Below are positions 1 through 10,123 of a stretch of 64,000 nt of DNA, one piece after another (the first letter of the stretch is position 1; each line of letters opens with the position of its first letter). The position numbers and the translations under genes are program-made. Location: assembly GCA_026004395.1 (NCBI GenBank), contig BPJB01000001.1:263343-327342 (forward strand). Direction: 5' to 3'. This DNA comes from Patescibacteria group bacterium. GTDB taxonomy: Bacteria; Patescibacteriota; Microgenomatia; Levybacterales; UBA12049. Below the pieces are notes generated by a model. The model saw only the letters and a program-made list of their open reading frames with translations, was not told the DNA's origin and did not search any database.

Positions 1-72
1 GGCTGGATGACTGTTGGGATTATGTTTTGTGCATCATTAGGTCTTATTGTGAGTTTTTTAATATTCAAGTAG
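1..72 (+). CDS. 3' end of a membrane protein (partial, runs off window)
   Basis: Frame 1 reads GWMTVGIMFCASLGLIVSFLIFK then TAG at 70-72; hydrophobic helix. Confidence 0.55.
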   Translation, partial: GWMTVGIMFCASLGLIVSFLIFK

Positions 73-84
73 AATTTGGATGCT

Positions 85-1092
85 ATGGAAGATATAGTTG
101 AACGTGTAAACAAGCTTGGACTCAAAATTAATCTTAGTGAGAAGAAAAGAAGGATTGAGGAGCTCAAGAAAGAGAGTGAGCGTCCAGAGTTCTGGCAAGA
201 TCATCAAACAGCAGCACAGAAAATGAAAGAATTATCAGCTCTACAAAAAGAAGTGGAGGAATTCGAGCTTCTTCAATTATTGGTAGAAGAGGGAGATTTG
301 CAGGAAGCAGAGAGACTGTTGAAAAAACTGGAGACTATTTTGTATTTTACATCTCCTTATGATCAAGGAAATGCTATTGTAGCAATTCATGCAGGTCAAG
401 GTGGAACTGAAGCGATGGATTGGGCAGAGATGCTTTTTCGAATGTACACAAGATATTTTGACAAAAAAGGTTGGAGTTATGAAATCCTCGATCAAACACC
501 GGGAGAAGAAGCAGGAATTAAGAGTATTACTTTAGCGGTGAACGGAAGATATGCCTATGGATTGCTTAAACACGAAGCAGGAGTGCATCGGCTTGTAAGA
601 CAGTCTCCTTTTAATGCGGATAAGCTTCGTCAAACATCATTCGCCATGGTTGAGGTCCTTCCTCAAATCGAACAGGCAGGAGCAGTAGAAATAAAAGAAG
701 ACGATATTGAATTCGAGGCTTTCAGAAGCGGAGGTCATGGTGGTCAGAATGTCAATAAAGTTTCAACAGCTGTAAGACTCAGACATAAACCTACAGGAAT
801 TGTAGTGACAGCATCTACTGAACGCTATCAGATACAGAATAGGGAGTATGCGATGAAACTTCTGAGGGCAAAACTTTGGCAGCTTCAGGAAGAACAACGC
901 AAAAAAGAAGAACAACGGCTTAAAGGGGAGTATGTCACACCGGGTTGGGGTAATCAGATCAGGTCTTATGTACTTCATCCTTATAAAATGGTTAAGGATT
1001 TGCGAACAGGTGTTGAAACCGGTAATACAGATGCGGTTCTCAATGGAGAGCTTGACCAATTCATTGAGGAAGAGCTCAGACAGCTATCATGA
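85..1092 (+). CDS. prfB: Peptide chain release factor 2
   Basis: SPF recognition tripeptide (VRQSPF), GGQ motif ([10 protein letters not shown]), [13 protein letters not shown]; single continuous ORF. Confidence 0.97.
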   Translation: MEDIVERVNKLGLKINLSEKKRRIEELKKESERPEFWQDHQTAAQKMKELSALQKEVEEFELLQLLVEEGDLQEAERLLKKLETILYFTSPYDQGNAIVAIHAGQGGTEAMDWAEMLFRMYTRYFDKKGWSYEILDQTPGEEAGIKSITLAVNGRYAYGLLKHEAGVHRLVRQSPFNADKLRQTSFAMVEVLPQIEQAGAVEIKEDDIEFEAFRSGGHGGQNVNKVSTAVRLRHKPTGIVVTASTERYQIQNREYAMKLLRAKLWQLQEEQRKKEEQRLKGEYVTPGWGNQIRSYVLHPYKMVKDLRTGVETGNTDAVLNGELDQFIEEELRQLS

Positions 1093-1237
1093 TGATTTAA
1101 ATAATTACCAAATCAGAATATTTTTTCTTAATAAATATTGATCTTAATTATTGGGTTGTCAAAAGATGTAAAATATGGTTTACTAAAGAAGAATCAGTTG
1201 TACACATAGTGGTACCCTGAATAAAGGTGATATAAAA

Positions 1238-1684
1238 ATGGAGAAGATTGAAAAACCACAATCCTCATTAATACATGACTTTAATCAAAGCGAATCTAAG
1301 AATAGTACTTTAAAGATTATAATCTATTTTCTTGTTGTTGTTTCTTTAGGTGTTGGTAGTGGTTACTTTTTGGCGAGAAAAAATCCAAGTGTTGAAAATA
1401 AATCTTCTCCTACTTCTTCAATCAACAAGGGCCAAATTTTTGGCTCAGTTGATACAAAAGCGTTTCCCGATACAGCAGAAGGTATTTTAAGAGAGGGTGG
1501 TATAGATGGTGAAGGAGCTTTCCACTTAGAACGACCCGGAGGGGAAAGCCAATACGTTTATTTGACGTCCTCAGTTGTTGATCTATCAAAGATGGTGGGT
1601 AAAAAAATAAAAGTATGGGGTGCAACACAGAAGGCTCAAAAAGCAGGGTGGCTTATGGATGTTGGTCGTGTTCAAATTCTGTGA
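1238..1684 (+). CDS. Hypothetical single-pass membrane protein
   Basis: 148 aa ORF, one TM (IIIYFLVVVSLGVGSGYFLA), beta-rich C-terminus. Confidence 0.75.
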   Translation: MEKIEKPQSSLIHDFNQSESKNSTLKIIIYFLVVVSLGVGSGYFLARKNPSVENKSSPTSSINKGQIFGSVDTKAFPDTAEGILREGGIDGEGAFHLERPGGESQYVYLTSSVVDLSKMVGKKIKVWGATQKAQKAGWLMDVGRVQIL

Positions 1685-1717
1685 TATCATGCCACAGTAA
1701 ATTAGATAAACTGCCTT

Positions 1718-2494
1718 ATGATTCGTCTAGTTGAGGTCACTAAAACTTTTGGAAATGGTACATCTGCGCTTAGCGATGTTTCTCTTACTATTGACAAAGG
1801 AGAATTTGTGTTCCTTGTTGGACCATCAGGTTCGGGTAAAACAACACTTCTTAGACTTTTAATACGAGAGATGCTTCCTACTAAAGGTATTATTACTATA
1901 GGAGATTGGAATTTGGTGGAACTTCCCAATAATAAGGTCCCTCACCTGAGGAGACGAATAGGTTTTGTATTTCAAGACCTTAAAATATTAATGGATAGAA
2001 CAATTTATGAAAATATTATGCTTCCACTGGAAATGTCTGATGTTAATCAGAACGAAGCAAAACAAAAGGTTGAGCAGATTTTAGAGCAAGTCGGCCTTTT
2101 AGAGCATGCACACAAATTTCCGATTCAACTTTCGGGGGGAGAACTTCAGCGAGCAGCAATTGCCAGAGCTCTTGTTTTCTCACCCGAGATTTTACTAGCA
2201 GATGAACCAACGGGTAACCTTGACAACACAACTTCGTGGGAGATTGTAAAACTTCTTAATGATATCAACAAATCAGGTACAACAGTTATTATGGCAACGC
2301 ATAATCTTGAGGTAGTTTCAAGCCTTGGCAAACGGACGGTTACACTTGAAAAAGGAAAAGTTATCAAAGATCAAGGAAAAAATCTTCAACCAAAAGACCA
2401 GAAAGAGAAAGAAAGAGAAGGTAAAGATGCTCCTAAGAAAGAAGATGATGCAATAAAAAAATCAAAAGAAGGAGAGAAAGATGCGGACAATTAA
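1718..2494 (+). CDS. ftsE: Cell division ATP-binding protein FtsE
   Basis: Walker A GPSGSGKTT, LSGGE signature, LLADEPTGNLD; directly upstream of ftsX; extra charged C-terminal tail. Confidence 0.93.
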   Translation: MIRLVEVTKTFGNGTSALSDVSLTIDKGEFVFLVGPSGSGKTTLLRLLIREMLPTKGIITIGDWNLVELPNNKVPHLRRRIGFVFQDLKILMDRTIYENIMLPLEMSDVNQNEAKQKVEQILEQVGLLEHAHKFPIQLSGGELQRAAIARALVFSPEILLADEPTGNLDNTTSWEIVKLLNDINKSGTTVIMATHNLEVVSSLGKRTVTLEKGKVIKDQGKNLQPKDQKEKEREGKDAPKKEDDAIKKSKEGEKDADN

Positions 2495-3347
2495 AACAGC
2501 ATGGAAACATATCAGACGATCTCCATATCAAGCTATGGCAGCAATTCTTATTATGATGCTTACTTTTCTTGTGATCTCTATCTTTTCACTAATTATCATC
2601 AGCTCTTCACAGATTATCAATTATTTTGAACGGTCTCCGAAAGTCACTGCATTTTTTAAAGATGAAGCTAAAAAAGAAAATATTGATGCACTTGCTTCTG
2701 CTTTGAAAGCAACCGGCAAAGTCTCTGAGGTAACATACGTATCAAAAGAAGAAGCATTTAGAAGATACAGTAATTGGAATAAAGATAATCCTTTATTGTT
2801 AGATCTTGTTACCGCAGATGTCCTTCCAGCATCGCTTGAGATCTCAACATACAACATTGAAGATCTTGATGATGTAGCTAAAATTCTCAAAGAATCATCT
2901 TATGTCTCAGAAGTTGTTTACCTTAAGGATGTTGTTTCGACCCTAATAACTTGGACAAGCGCAATTCGCAAAATTGGATTTGCTCTGATTGTCATATTAG
3001 CCATTGTATCTGTTTTTGTGATGACAACTATCATTGGGTTTAAGATTTCCCAAAAGCGAGAAGAAATAGAAATAATGCGTCTTCTAAGTGCTACCAACTG
3101 GTATATTCGTTGGCCATTTCTTTTTGAAGGAATATTCTATGGTATTACAGGAGCATTTTTAGGATGGTTGATTGCATTTGGTATGACACTTTATGCTCGA
3201 CCATATCTTATCTCCTTCCTCAGGGACATTCCTATTGTGACTTTAACCCCAACATTCCTTATTGCACTCCTTAGTATAGAGATAGGTTTGGCTGTTCTTT
3301 TGGGGGCATTTGCCAGCTTCATGGCTGTTCTTCGCTATCTTAAATAA
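2481..3347 (+). CDS. ftsX: Cell division permease FtsX
   Basis: 4-TM layout, large loop with YVSKEEA...LPASLEI, REEIEIMRLL.ATNWYIRWPFLFEG. Confidence 0.93.
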   Translation: MRTIKTAWKHIRRSPYQAMAAILIMMLTFLVISIFSLIIISSSQIINYFERSPKVTAFFKDEAKKENIDALASALKATGKVSEVTYVSKEEAFRRYSNWNKDNPLLLDLVTADVLPASLEISTYNIEDLDDVAKILKESSYVSEVVYLKDVVSTLITWTSAIRKIGFALIVILAIVSVFVMTTIIGFKISQKREEIEIMRLLSATNWYIRWPFLFEGIFYGITGAFLGWLIAFGMTLYARPYLISFLRDIPIVTLTPTFLIALLSIEIGLAVLLGAFASFMAVLRYLK

Positions 3348-3355
3348 AAGTAGTT

Positions 3356-4612
3356 ATGAGATCATTTATTCGCATTCTATTAGTTGGTGGTTTTCTTCCT
3401 CTTATTGTTGCATTGTATTTTACAAAAATAATTTATGCTCAGGAAGTAACTCCGACATATACACCGACTCCTACACTTACACTCACTCCTACTCCTACTG
3501 AAGACAAATCTAAAAAACTTTCAGATCTTCAAAATCAAATCGCTGAGCTTGAGAAAAAAGTGTCAGAGCTTCAGTCACAAGGGAAAACTCTCAGTTCTCA
3601 GATAGCGGTCATGGATAATCAAATTAAATTAACTGAATACCGCATCAGTGCTACCAGACAAATGATCAGTGATCTTACAGAGGATATCACTGCAGCTGAG
3701 AAAAAAATTGTAACTCTTGAGAAGTCAGTACAAGAAATAACGAAGATACTACTTAGAAGAATTAATGAAACTTATCGACTGAGTAACATCCAACCCTTGC
3801 AGCTTCTTTTATCTTCTAATAGTTTTACTGATTTTATTGCCAGGAAAAATTATATACGTATTGTGCAGGCTAATGATAAGAAAATGATTTATAACACAGT
3901 TCAAGCACGCAATGATTATGAAAATCAAAAAGAAATATTTGAAGGAAAGAAACAGAAGATTCTTGCTCTACAGACTCAACTTGAGGAATATACTCAGCAA
4001 CTAGATAACGATAAAAAAGCAAAAGAAGCACTTTTAAAAGCAACACAAAACGATGAAAAGAAATATCAAGAGTTATTGGCGCAAGCACGTGCTGAATATT
4101 TGGCAATTCAAGGAATAGTTGCAGGAAATGGTACAGAAACTGAAGTAGGAAGAGTTTCTGAAGGGCAACGTATTGCATCGGTTATTTCGGGTGCATCCTG
4201 TAATTCCAGTGGTGGACATTTACACTTTATTGTCAGCATTAATGGATCAACTCAAAATCCTTTTAATTATCTTAAAAGTATAGATTACAAAAACTGTTCT
4301 GGATCAAGCTGTGACAGTGGTGATGGTGATCCTTTCGATCCCTCCGGCAGCTGGGATTGGCCATTAAATGGTCCTATTACATTCTATCAGGGTTATGGAG
4401 AAACATGGGCGGTAAGAAATACTTGGGTAGGACACGTATATAGATTCCATAATGGTATTGATATTACTGGATCATCATATGATGTGAAGGCTGTAAGATC
4501 AGGAATACTCTACAGAGGTAGTTATACAGGAACAGGAGGATGTCGTCTGCCTTATGTAAGAGTGCGTCATGATGATGGTTTAGACACTTTTTATCTTCAT
4601 GTTTACTATTAA
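3356..4612 (+). CDS. FtsEX-associated coiled-coil peptidoglycan hydrolase (EnvC/PcsB-like) with circularly permuted M23 domain
   Basis: Signal/TM, PT repeat, long coiled coil with LLLSSNSFTDFI, then M23 motifs HLHF, WPL, HNGID, YLH. Confidence 0.85.
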   Translation: MRSFIRILLVGGFLPLIVALYFTKIIYAQEVTPTYTPTPTLTLTPTPTEDKSKKLSDLQNQIAELEKKVSELQSQGKTLSSQIAVMDNQIKLTEYRISATRQMISDLTEDITAAEKKIVTLEKSVQEITKILLRRINETYRLSNIQPLQLLLSSNSFTDFIARKNYIRIVQANDKKMIYNTVQARNDYENQKEIFEGKKQKILALQTQLEEYTQQLDNDKKAKEALLKATQNDEKKYQELLAQARAEYLAIQGIVAGNGTETEVGRVSEGQRIASVISGASCNSSGGHLHFIVSINGSTQNPFNYLKSIDYKNCSGSSCDSGDGDPFDPSGSWDWPLNGPITFYQGYGETWAVRNTWVGHVYRFHNGIDITGSSYDVKAVRSGILYRGSYTGTGGCRLPYVRVRHDDGLDTFYLHVYY

Positions 4613-4656
4613 ATAAAATCTCTTGCAGTTTATCAAAGCTCTGCTATTCTGAAGAT

Positions 4657-5499
4657 GTGCGCTATTTTAAATACTGTTTTTCCTTAGTGATTTATTTACT
4701 CATATTTGGCTACTCTGGGGCAAATCAATCATTTGCAGCATTCTCGTTTCATATTGAAAGTATTGATCCTGAAAGCGTATCCAGCAATGACCAAGAGATA
4801 ACAGTAAGACTTACTCTTGTTGATTTACCTAGCGAATCATATTTTCGCATTGGGTGGCAGGAAGCATCAGGTAAACCCTATTTTGGTTATGTGAAGAATA
4901 ACACTGGAGAATGGGTCAAAGTAGATGCAAGTCAAGATTGCAAAAATTATTACCATGTATCAGACCTGTCTACTCAATCGCTTGTTTTGGTAACAAAAGT
5001 CGGGCAAGAGAATGCTGTCGATAATGGAGAATATCTGCTGAAGGCGAGGCGATATACAGCTTCTTGTTCATCTTATACCGATAGTGAGCCTATTACAGTT
5101 CAGGTAAATCTGCCAACACCTACATCAACACCTACCCCAACTTCTCCTCCTGAGCCAACATCTACTCCAACGCGAATACCAACACCTACACCCACTTCGA
5201 CCAAGACTCCTACTCCTTCTCCACTAAAGATGGCGCTAAGTCCTACTACAATAACAACAAATGTTGTTTCATCTCTAAGACAACAAAAAGATGAGGAAGA
5301 TAAGAAGATGATTGTTGCTGAAGAAAAAAAGTTTTCCTATCCTACATCCATTCTTGGTATTAAGGATAAAAAAGATGACTCTCAAAAAAATAATAATTCT
5401 TCTAAGAAAGAATCTACATTTTTCCCAGTGAATTTAATTTTTATCTTAGCAGGAATAATTTTTCTTGTTATTTGTGCTATACTCATCTGTTCTAAATAA
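4657..5499 (+). CDS. Secreted surface protein with Pro/Thr-rich linker and C-terminal TM anchor
   Basis: Signal peptide, beta-rich domain, PTPTSTPTPT repeats, C-terminal hydrophobic helix. Confidence 0.75.
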   Translation: MRYFKYCFSLVIYLLIFGYSGANQSFAAFSFHIESIDPESVSSNDQEITVRLTLVDLPSESYFRIGWQEASGKPYFGYVKNNTGEWVKVDASQDCKNYYHVSDLSTQSLVLVTKVGQENAVDNGEYLLKARRYTASCSSYTDSEPITVQVNLPTPTSTPTPTSPPEPTSTPTRIPTPTPTSTKTPTPSPLKMALSPTTITTNVVSSLRQQKDEEDKKMIVAEEKKFSYPTSILGIKDKKDDSQKNNNSSKKESTFFPVNLIFILAGIIFLVICAILICSK

Positions 5500-5522
5500 G
5501 ATGAGGATCAATAGAGGTGATT

Positions 5523-5979
5523 ATGAAGCAAGAAGTGAATGAAATTATCAGTAAAAATCCACAGGAGACTCAAGAGATTGCAAGAAGGATTTTATCCCAT
5601 CTAAAGAAAGGTGGGGTGGTTGCACTACAAGGAGAGCTTGGTAGCGGTAAAACAACATTTGCTCAGGGTATAGCGAGAGCGTTGGGTATTACTCAAAGAG
5701 TTGTTTCACCGACATTTCTTATTCGTAAGGAGTATTCTATCCCCGCTAAAAACAATATCCGCAAGTTGTATCATTTAGATCTTTATAGATTGCAACTCTC
5801 CAAAAGAAGTTGATGCAATTGGAATACGTGAGATAATCAATGAGCAGAATGCGCTTGTTCTTATTGAGTGGCCTGAAAAGATAATCGAGTCTTTACCGAA
5901 TTCAACAATACATATAATATTTGAGTATATTGACGATACGACAAGAAAAGTTACTATAAGGATGAAAAATGGAAAATAA
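5523..5979 (+). CDS. tsaE: tRNA threonylcarbamoyladenosine ATPase TsaE (frameshift near 5795, probably assembly error)
   Basis: GELGSGKTTF, VSPTF, YHLDLYRL; continues in another frame as SPKEVDAIGIREI...LVLIEWPEK to TAA at 5977-5979. Confidence 0.85.
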
Positions 5980-6556
5980 TATTTTTGAGGCTATACGCAT
6001 CTTAAAAGAAGGAGGCATAGTAATTTTCCCAACAGATACTGCTTTTGGTATTGGATGTAGAGTTGATAGAGAGGATTCTATCGAGAGATTGTTTCGTTTG
6101 AGAAAGCGTCCTACTACTCAACCAACACCTGTTTTGTGCAGTTCTCTTGCAATGGTTCAAGAGTATGTTACTGCTATCCCTGATGATGTGAGAGAAAAAC
6201 TTATTAAACCTTATTGGCCTGGTGCTTTAACTATCGTGCTTCCTGCTAAGACTGAGAAAGTCCCCTCACTAGTAAGGGGTGGAGGATTAACAGTTGGAGT
6301 TCGTATACCAGATCACGCAATAACTCAAAAATTAATCGAAGGTGTAGGTGTACCGATTCTTGGTCCTTCTGCAAATTTTCATGGAGAACCCACTCCTTTT
6401 ACGCTTTCCGCGATTAATCCTAAACTTTATTCTCTTGTAGATTATATTGTTCCGGGAATTTGTAAAAAGAATGAGGCATCAACAGTAATTGATTGTTCTG
6501 TATCTCCATGGAAAATTCTTAGAGAAGGAGCAGTGAAATTAAATATTGATAGATGA
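5969..6556 (+). CDS. tsaC: L-threonylcarbamoyladenylate synthase (YrdC/Sua5 family, single domain)
   Basis: FPTDTAFGIG, KRP, WPGALTIVL, GVRIPDH, PSANFHG, STVID, LREGA. Confidence 0.92.
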   Translation: MENNIFEAIRILKEGGIVIFPTDTAFGIGCRVDREDSIERLFRLRKRPTTQPTPVLCSSLAMVQEYVTAIPDDVREKLIKPYWPGALTIVLPAKTEKVPSLVRGGGLTVGVRIPDHAITQKLIEGVGVPILGPSANFHGEPTPFTLSAINPKLYSLVDYIVPGICKKNEASTVIDCSVSPWKILREGAVKLNIDR

Positions 6557-6873
6557 AAAGACGTATTTTGATCATTGATACATCCGATAATACTAAAATT
6601 AAAGTTGGACTTAGTATTAATAATCAATTTTATGAAGATGTAGAAGAAGGTGAAGGGAGCAGTTCACAAAGACTTTTGCCTCTTATAGTCAAGATATTGT
6701 CCAAGCATAATCTTTCTTTTCAAGACTTAACAGGAATCGAAGTCAATCTAGGACCTGGATCATTCACTGGTCTTCGTGTTGGCGTTGCTGTTGCCAATGC
6801 TCTGGGAACACTTCTTCGCATTCCCATCAATGGCAAACCAGTAGGAGAACTAGTTGATCCTCATTATGAGTAG
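6553..6873 (+). CDS. tsaB: Miniature TsaB (N-terminal lobe only)
   Basis: LIIDTS, LLPLI, GPGSFTGLRVG; ends in P-x-Y; in tsaE-tsaC operon. Confidence 0.85.
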   Translation: MKRRILIIDTSDNTKIKVGLSINNQFYEDVEEGEGSSSQRLLPLIVKILSKHNLSFQDLTGIEVNLGPGSFTGLRVGVAVANALGTLLRIPINGKPVGELVDPHYE

Positions 6874-6894
6874 GATATACAATAGATAAAGAAG

Positions 6895-7863
6895 ATGAGA
6901 CATTTTTTACGACATTTTTTTATTCCTCATAGCTCAAATAAATACAGAGCAAAACTTCTTCATCACTCGATATTTTTCTTGATTATTGTAGCTTTTCTGG
7001 TTGGAAGTATTACTATCAATCTTGTAGAGAAGGATAGGTCTGTACTTGGTATTGAATATCATATTACAGCTGAAGAACTTCTTCTGCTTACAAACTTAAA
7101 AAGACAAGAAAGAGGACTCCCGCCACTTATTATGAATTCTCAGTTAACTCAGGCAGCATATCAGAAAGCGAAAGATATGTTCTCTAAAAATTACTGGGCA
7201 CATGTTGCCCCTGATGGTACAACTCCCTGGGTCTTTATCAGAGGATCTGGTTACGAGTATGTATATGCAGGAGAAAATCTGGCAAGGGGATTTACGACAT
7301 CTAACGATGTCGTTGAAGCATGGATGAATAGTCAAAGTCATAGGGAAAATATGCTTTCTCCCCATTATCAGGAAATAGGATTTGCTATTGTGGAAGGAAC
7401 ACTAACCGGTGATGAAACTGTATTGGTGGTTGAGATGTTAGGAAGTCGCTCAAGAGCTATACCTGATAGTCAAATTACAGCTTCCTTTGATAGTAGTCCA
7501 GCAATATCTACAACTAATCAACCCATTCTATCGCCTACTCCCTACGAAAAACAAATTGTCATCAATAACATTTCACCAATACCCACACCAACCCCGACTC
7601 CTTTAGTATCCTCAAGTCCTACCCCGACGTCATTTATTAGAGTCGCAGCTGTTCAAAATGAGCCACTTATAGATAAAAACAATCTACAAAAAAATATTGC
7701 TTTGAGTGTACTTTTTGTTATTTCTCTTGCGCTTATTCTTGACTGGATTGTCGCAGGAAGACAAAATTTAGTAAGATTACTCTCCCATAATATGGATCAT
7801 TTGATATTTGTTGGAGCTATTTTAGCAGTAGTATTGATTATTTCAGGAGGTATAATTTTATGA
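6895..7863 (+). CDS. CAP/SCP-domain membrane-anchored protein
   Basis: LTNLKR..GLPPL, DMFSKNYWAH, AGENLA, AWMNSQSHRENML; PT linker; C-terminal TMs. Confidence 0.88.
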   Translation: MRHFLRHFFIPHSSNKYRAKLLHHSIFFLIIVAFLVGSITINLVEKDRSVLGIEYHITAEELLLLTNLKRQERGLPPLIMNSQLTQAAYQKAKDMFSKNYWAHVAPDGTTPWVFIRGSGYEYVYAGENLARGFTTSNDVVEAWMNSQSHRENMLSPHYQEIGFAIVEGTLTGDETVLVVEMLGSRSRAIPDSQITASFDSSPAISTTNQPILSPTPYEKQIVINNISPIPTPTPTPLVSSSPTPTSFIRVAAVQNEPLIDKNNLQKNIALSVLFVISLALILDWIVAGRQNLVRLLSHNMDHLIFVGAILAVVLIISGGIIL

Positions 7864-8119
7864 GAAGCTACTCTGAGAAAACATCTTTGGTATTATGGTG
7901 TTGGAGCAATTTTTCAGGGTTTAGGACTTCTTTTGATTATCTTATCGTCCGGATTTCCCTCAGATCCAAATGACCTATGTGGTATTGATGGCTTTTTTCT
8001 ATGTTTTATGGGGTATTCTTCATCATATGTTTCACCATGATCTTCATACCAAGATAGTTTTGGAATATGTTTTATTTGCCTCTCTGGGTATTACAGTTAT
8101 TTATTTTTTGCTTCAATAA
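7860..8119 (+). CDS. Small 3-TM membrane protein, frameshifted (missed by ORF track)
   Basis: Pieces RKHLWYYGVGAIFQGLGLLLIIL and YVLWGILHHMFHHDLHTKIVLEYVLFASLGITVIYFLLQ* lie in different frames; ATG overlaps the upstream stop. Confidence 0.55.
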
Positions 8120-8163
8120 CTAAATTGCAAAATATAATGCAGAGCAAGTCTGAAGGAGAAAAT

Positions 8164-9108
8164 TTAAGCGGAGGATGCGTATTTTTTGAGGTTTTTTCTT
8201 CGCATGTTTTCAATTTGCCACATGATTAGTCGTGTCAACCAGCGAGGATATTTATCCATATAATGTTTTTGATAAAAGATTTTCATAGAATCGAAGCGAG
8301 CGTTTTGGGACTCAATTTTATCTGCTATTTGAGCTGGTGTTATGTCTTGGGATTCCTTCCTTATACCCATAGTTGTTCCTTTAAGATGGAGTATTGAGAC
8401 TTCAGGGACATAATAGATTTTCATGCCTTTTTGTTTGATGCGATAACAAAAATCAATATCCTCCCCATACAGGAAAAAATCTTCGTCCCACCAACCAACC
8501 TTTTCGCCTGTTGTTCTAGGCATTATCATAAAAGCACCAGCTAAAGCGTCAATCTCGTGTGTTTTATTCATATCTTTAACATAAGTCATGTTGTATCCTC
8601 CAAAAAGTCTTGTTTTTGGAAAGAGTTTTGCAAGTCCTGAGAAATGACAAAAAGCATTCCATGGAGTTGGAAAACCGCGATGACAAGCATCATCTATATT
8701 GCCATTTCTAAGTAGGACTTTGCATGTAGCTGCTCCAGCGTCAGGGTGATTTTTTAGAAAGGAAATCATATATGGTAGTACTTTATCATTTACTAGCGTG
8801 TCATTATTAAGAAAAAGTACATATTCACCGTCAGTTTTTTTGAGTCCTATATTGTTTCCTCGAGAAAACCCAAGACCAACTGGATTTAATGTGAGATGGA
8901 ATTTCTTTATCGTCGTTTTTTTTGCATACTCTTTTAGTATTTGAGGTGAGTTATCGCGTGATCCATTGTCAACAAGCGATACTTCATAAATGCCACTTTT
9001 TACTTCTTTCGGATAGCTTTTTTCAATAGATTCTAGAGCATCAAGTGTAACTTTTGGAGTATTGCGATTGATCATTATAATGGATAGAAGCGATCTTTTA
9101 GTATTCAT
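8164..9108 (-). CDS. GT2 glycosyltransferase (WbbL/rhamnosyltransferase-like)
   Basis: VDNGSRD, GFSRGNN, FLNNDT, AGAFM, DEDFFLYGEDIDFC. Confidence 0.9.
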   Translation of the reverse strand: MNTKRSLLSIIMINRNTPKVTLDALESIEKSYPKEVKSGIYEVSLVDNGSRDNSPQILKEYAKKTTIKKFHLTLNPVGLGFSRGNNIGLKKTDGEYVLFLNNDTLVNDKVLPYMISFLKNHPDAGAATCKVLLRNGNIDDACHRGFPTPWNAFCHFSGLAKLFPKTRLFGGYNMTYVKDMNKTHEIDALAGAFMIMPRTTGEKVGWWDEDFFLYGEDIDFCYRIKQKGMKIYYVPEVSILHLKGTTMGIRKESQDITPAQIADKIESQNARFDSMKIFYQKHYMDKYPRWLTRLIMWQIENMRRKNLKKYASSA

Positions 9109-9112
9109 ATCT

Positions 9113-9992
9113 TTATTTTACATTATTGTATGCTTGTGTATATGTTTCCGTCAGATACTTGTTTCTTAATAACTTTCCAATAAAAATAAGAATGATTGCT
9201 TTTGTGCGCAAGAGAAATTTTACATATTCGTACTCAAGACGTGATTTATGTTTTTTATAAAAATAAGGAAGATTTTTATAGATATTAACAATAGCAAATG
9301 ATCTGTTAGTGCTTCCCTGATGTTTGTGTTTGATGCTAATATCGGGGAAAAAGACACAGCGAAGTCCTAATTTTTTTATTCTATAACATAACTCCATATC
9401 CTCAGTGTACATCCAAATCTTCTCATCAAACTTCCCTACTTTCTCAAAAATATCTTTTTTGATCATAAAAAGCGCGCCTTTGATCCAATCGACATCTTTG
9501 ATTGTTTGTGGACTTTTATCGACTAATCCAAAGCGTTGAAGTCCGAGAATGAAAAGTGTAAAAGTAAACAGAGAATAAAATTTACCAGTTGAAGGCTGTA
9601 TGCTCCCATCTAAATTAAAAATTCTTCCTCCAAGTACACCAATCTCTGGATGAGATTTGAGATACTCTAACATTTTTGCAATACCTCTGTCTTCAACTGT
9701 GGTGTCATCATTAAGAAAAAGTAGGTACTGCCCGCGTGCATGCTTAGCGCCCAAATTGTTTCCCGCTCCAAATCCTGCATCGCTGTCGTTGGCAATAACA
9801 AAGAAGTTTTTATATTTTTTCACTTCTTGTTTAAGAATCTCCACTGAGTTATCTTCTGAAAAATTGTCTACGATTAGATATTCAAATTTTCCTTCATTGA
9901 ATTCCGTTTGATAATACTTCCACAAGAGATGCCATACAGTTTACAGCTTGGTGAGGTTTTTTGTGATTTATAGAGATGATCGAGAGTTCCAT
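9113..9992 (-). CDS. GT2 glycosyltransferase; true start at 9992 with frameshift near 9925
   Basis: MELSIISINHKK at 9992 in another frame; VDNFSED, GFGAGNN, FLNDDT, DEKIWMYTEDMELC. Confidence 0.85.
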
Positions 9993-10080
9993 AAAAAATT
10001 TTTAGGGACATACAGATTATACGAAATATTCAATGATAAAGTCGAGTTGTAGACTTTTAGATGTTTTGTATTCTATCAAT

Positions 10081-10108
10081 TTGATTTTTTTTCAATTTCT
10101 AATATAAT
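10081..10108 (+). promoter_or_regulatory. Putative sigma70 promoter for the HD-domain orphan
   Basis: TTGATT-N16-TATAAT upstream of ATG 10124. Confidence 0.45.
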
Positions 10109-10123
10109 ACAGTTGCCAGTAAT

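Noticed and set aside
5110-5225. Repetitive CCAAC/CCTAC DNA (also 3450-3500 and 7580-7630)
   Set aside because: Explained by Pro/Thr linker codons; not a DNA-level repeat element
5780-5815. Programmed frameshift in tsaE
   Set aside because: No slippery heptamer or stimulatory structure; similar indels elsewhere point to assembly error
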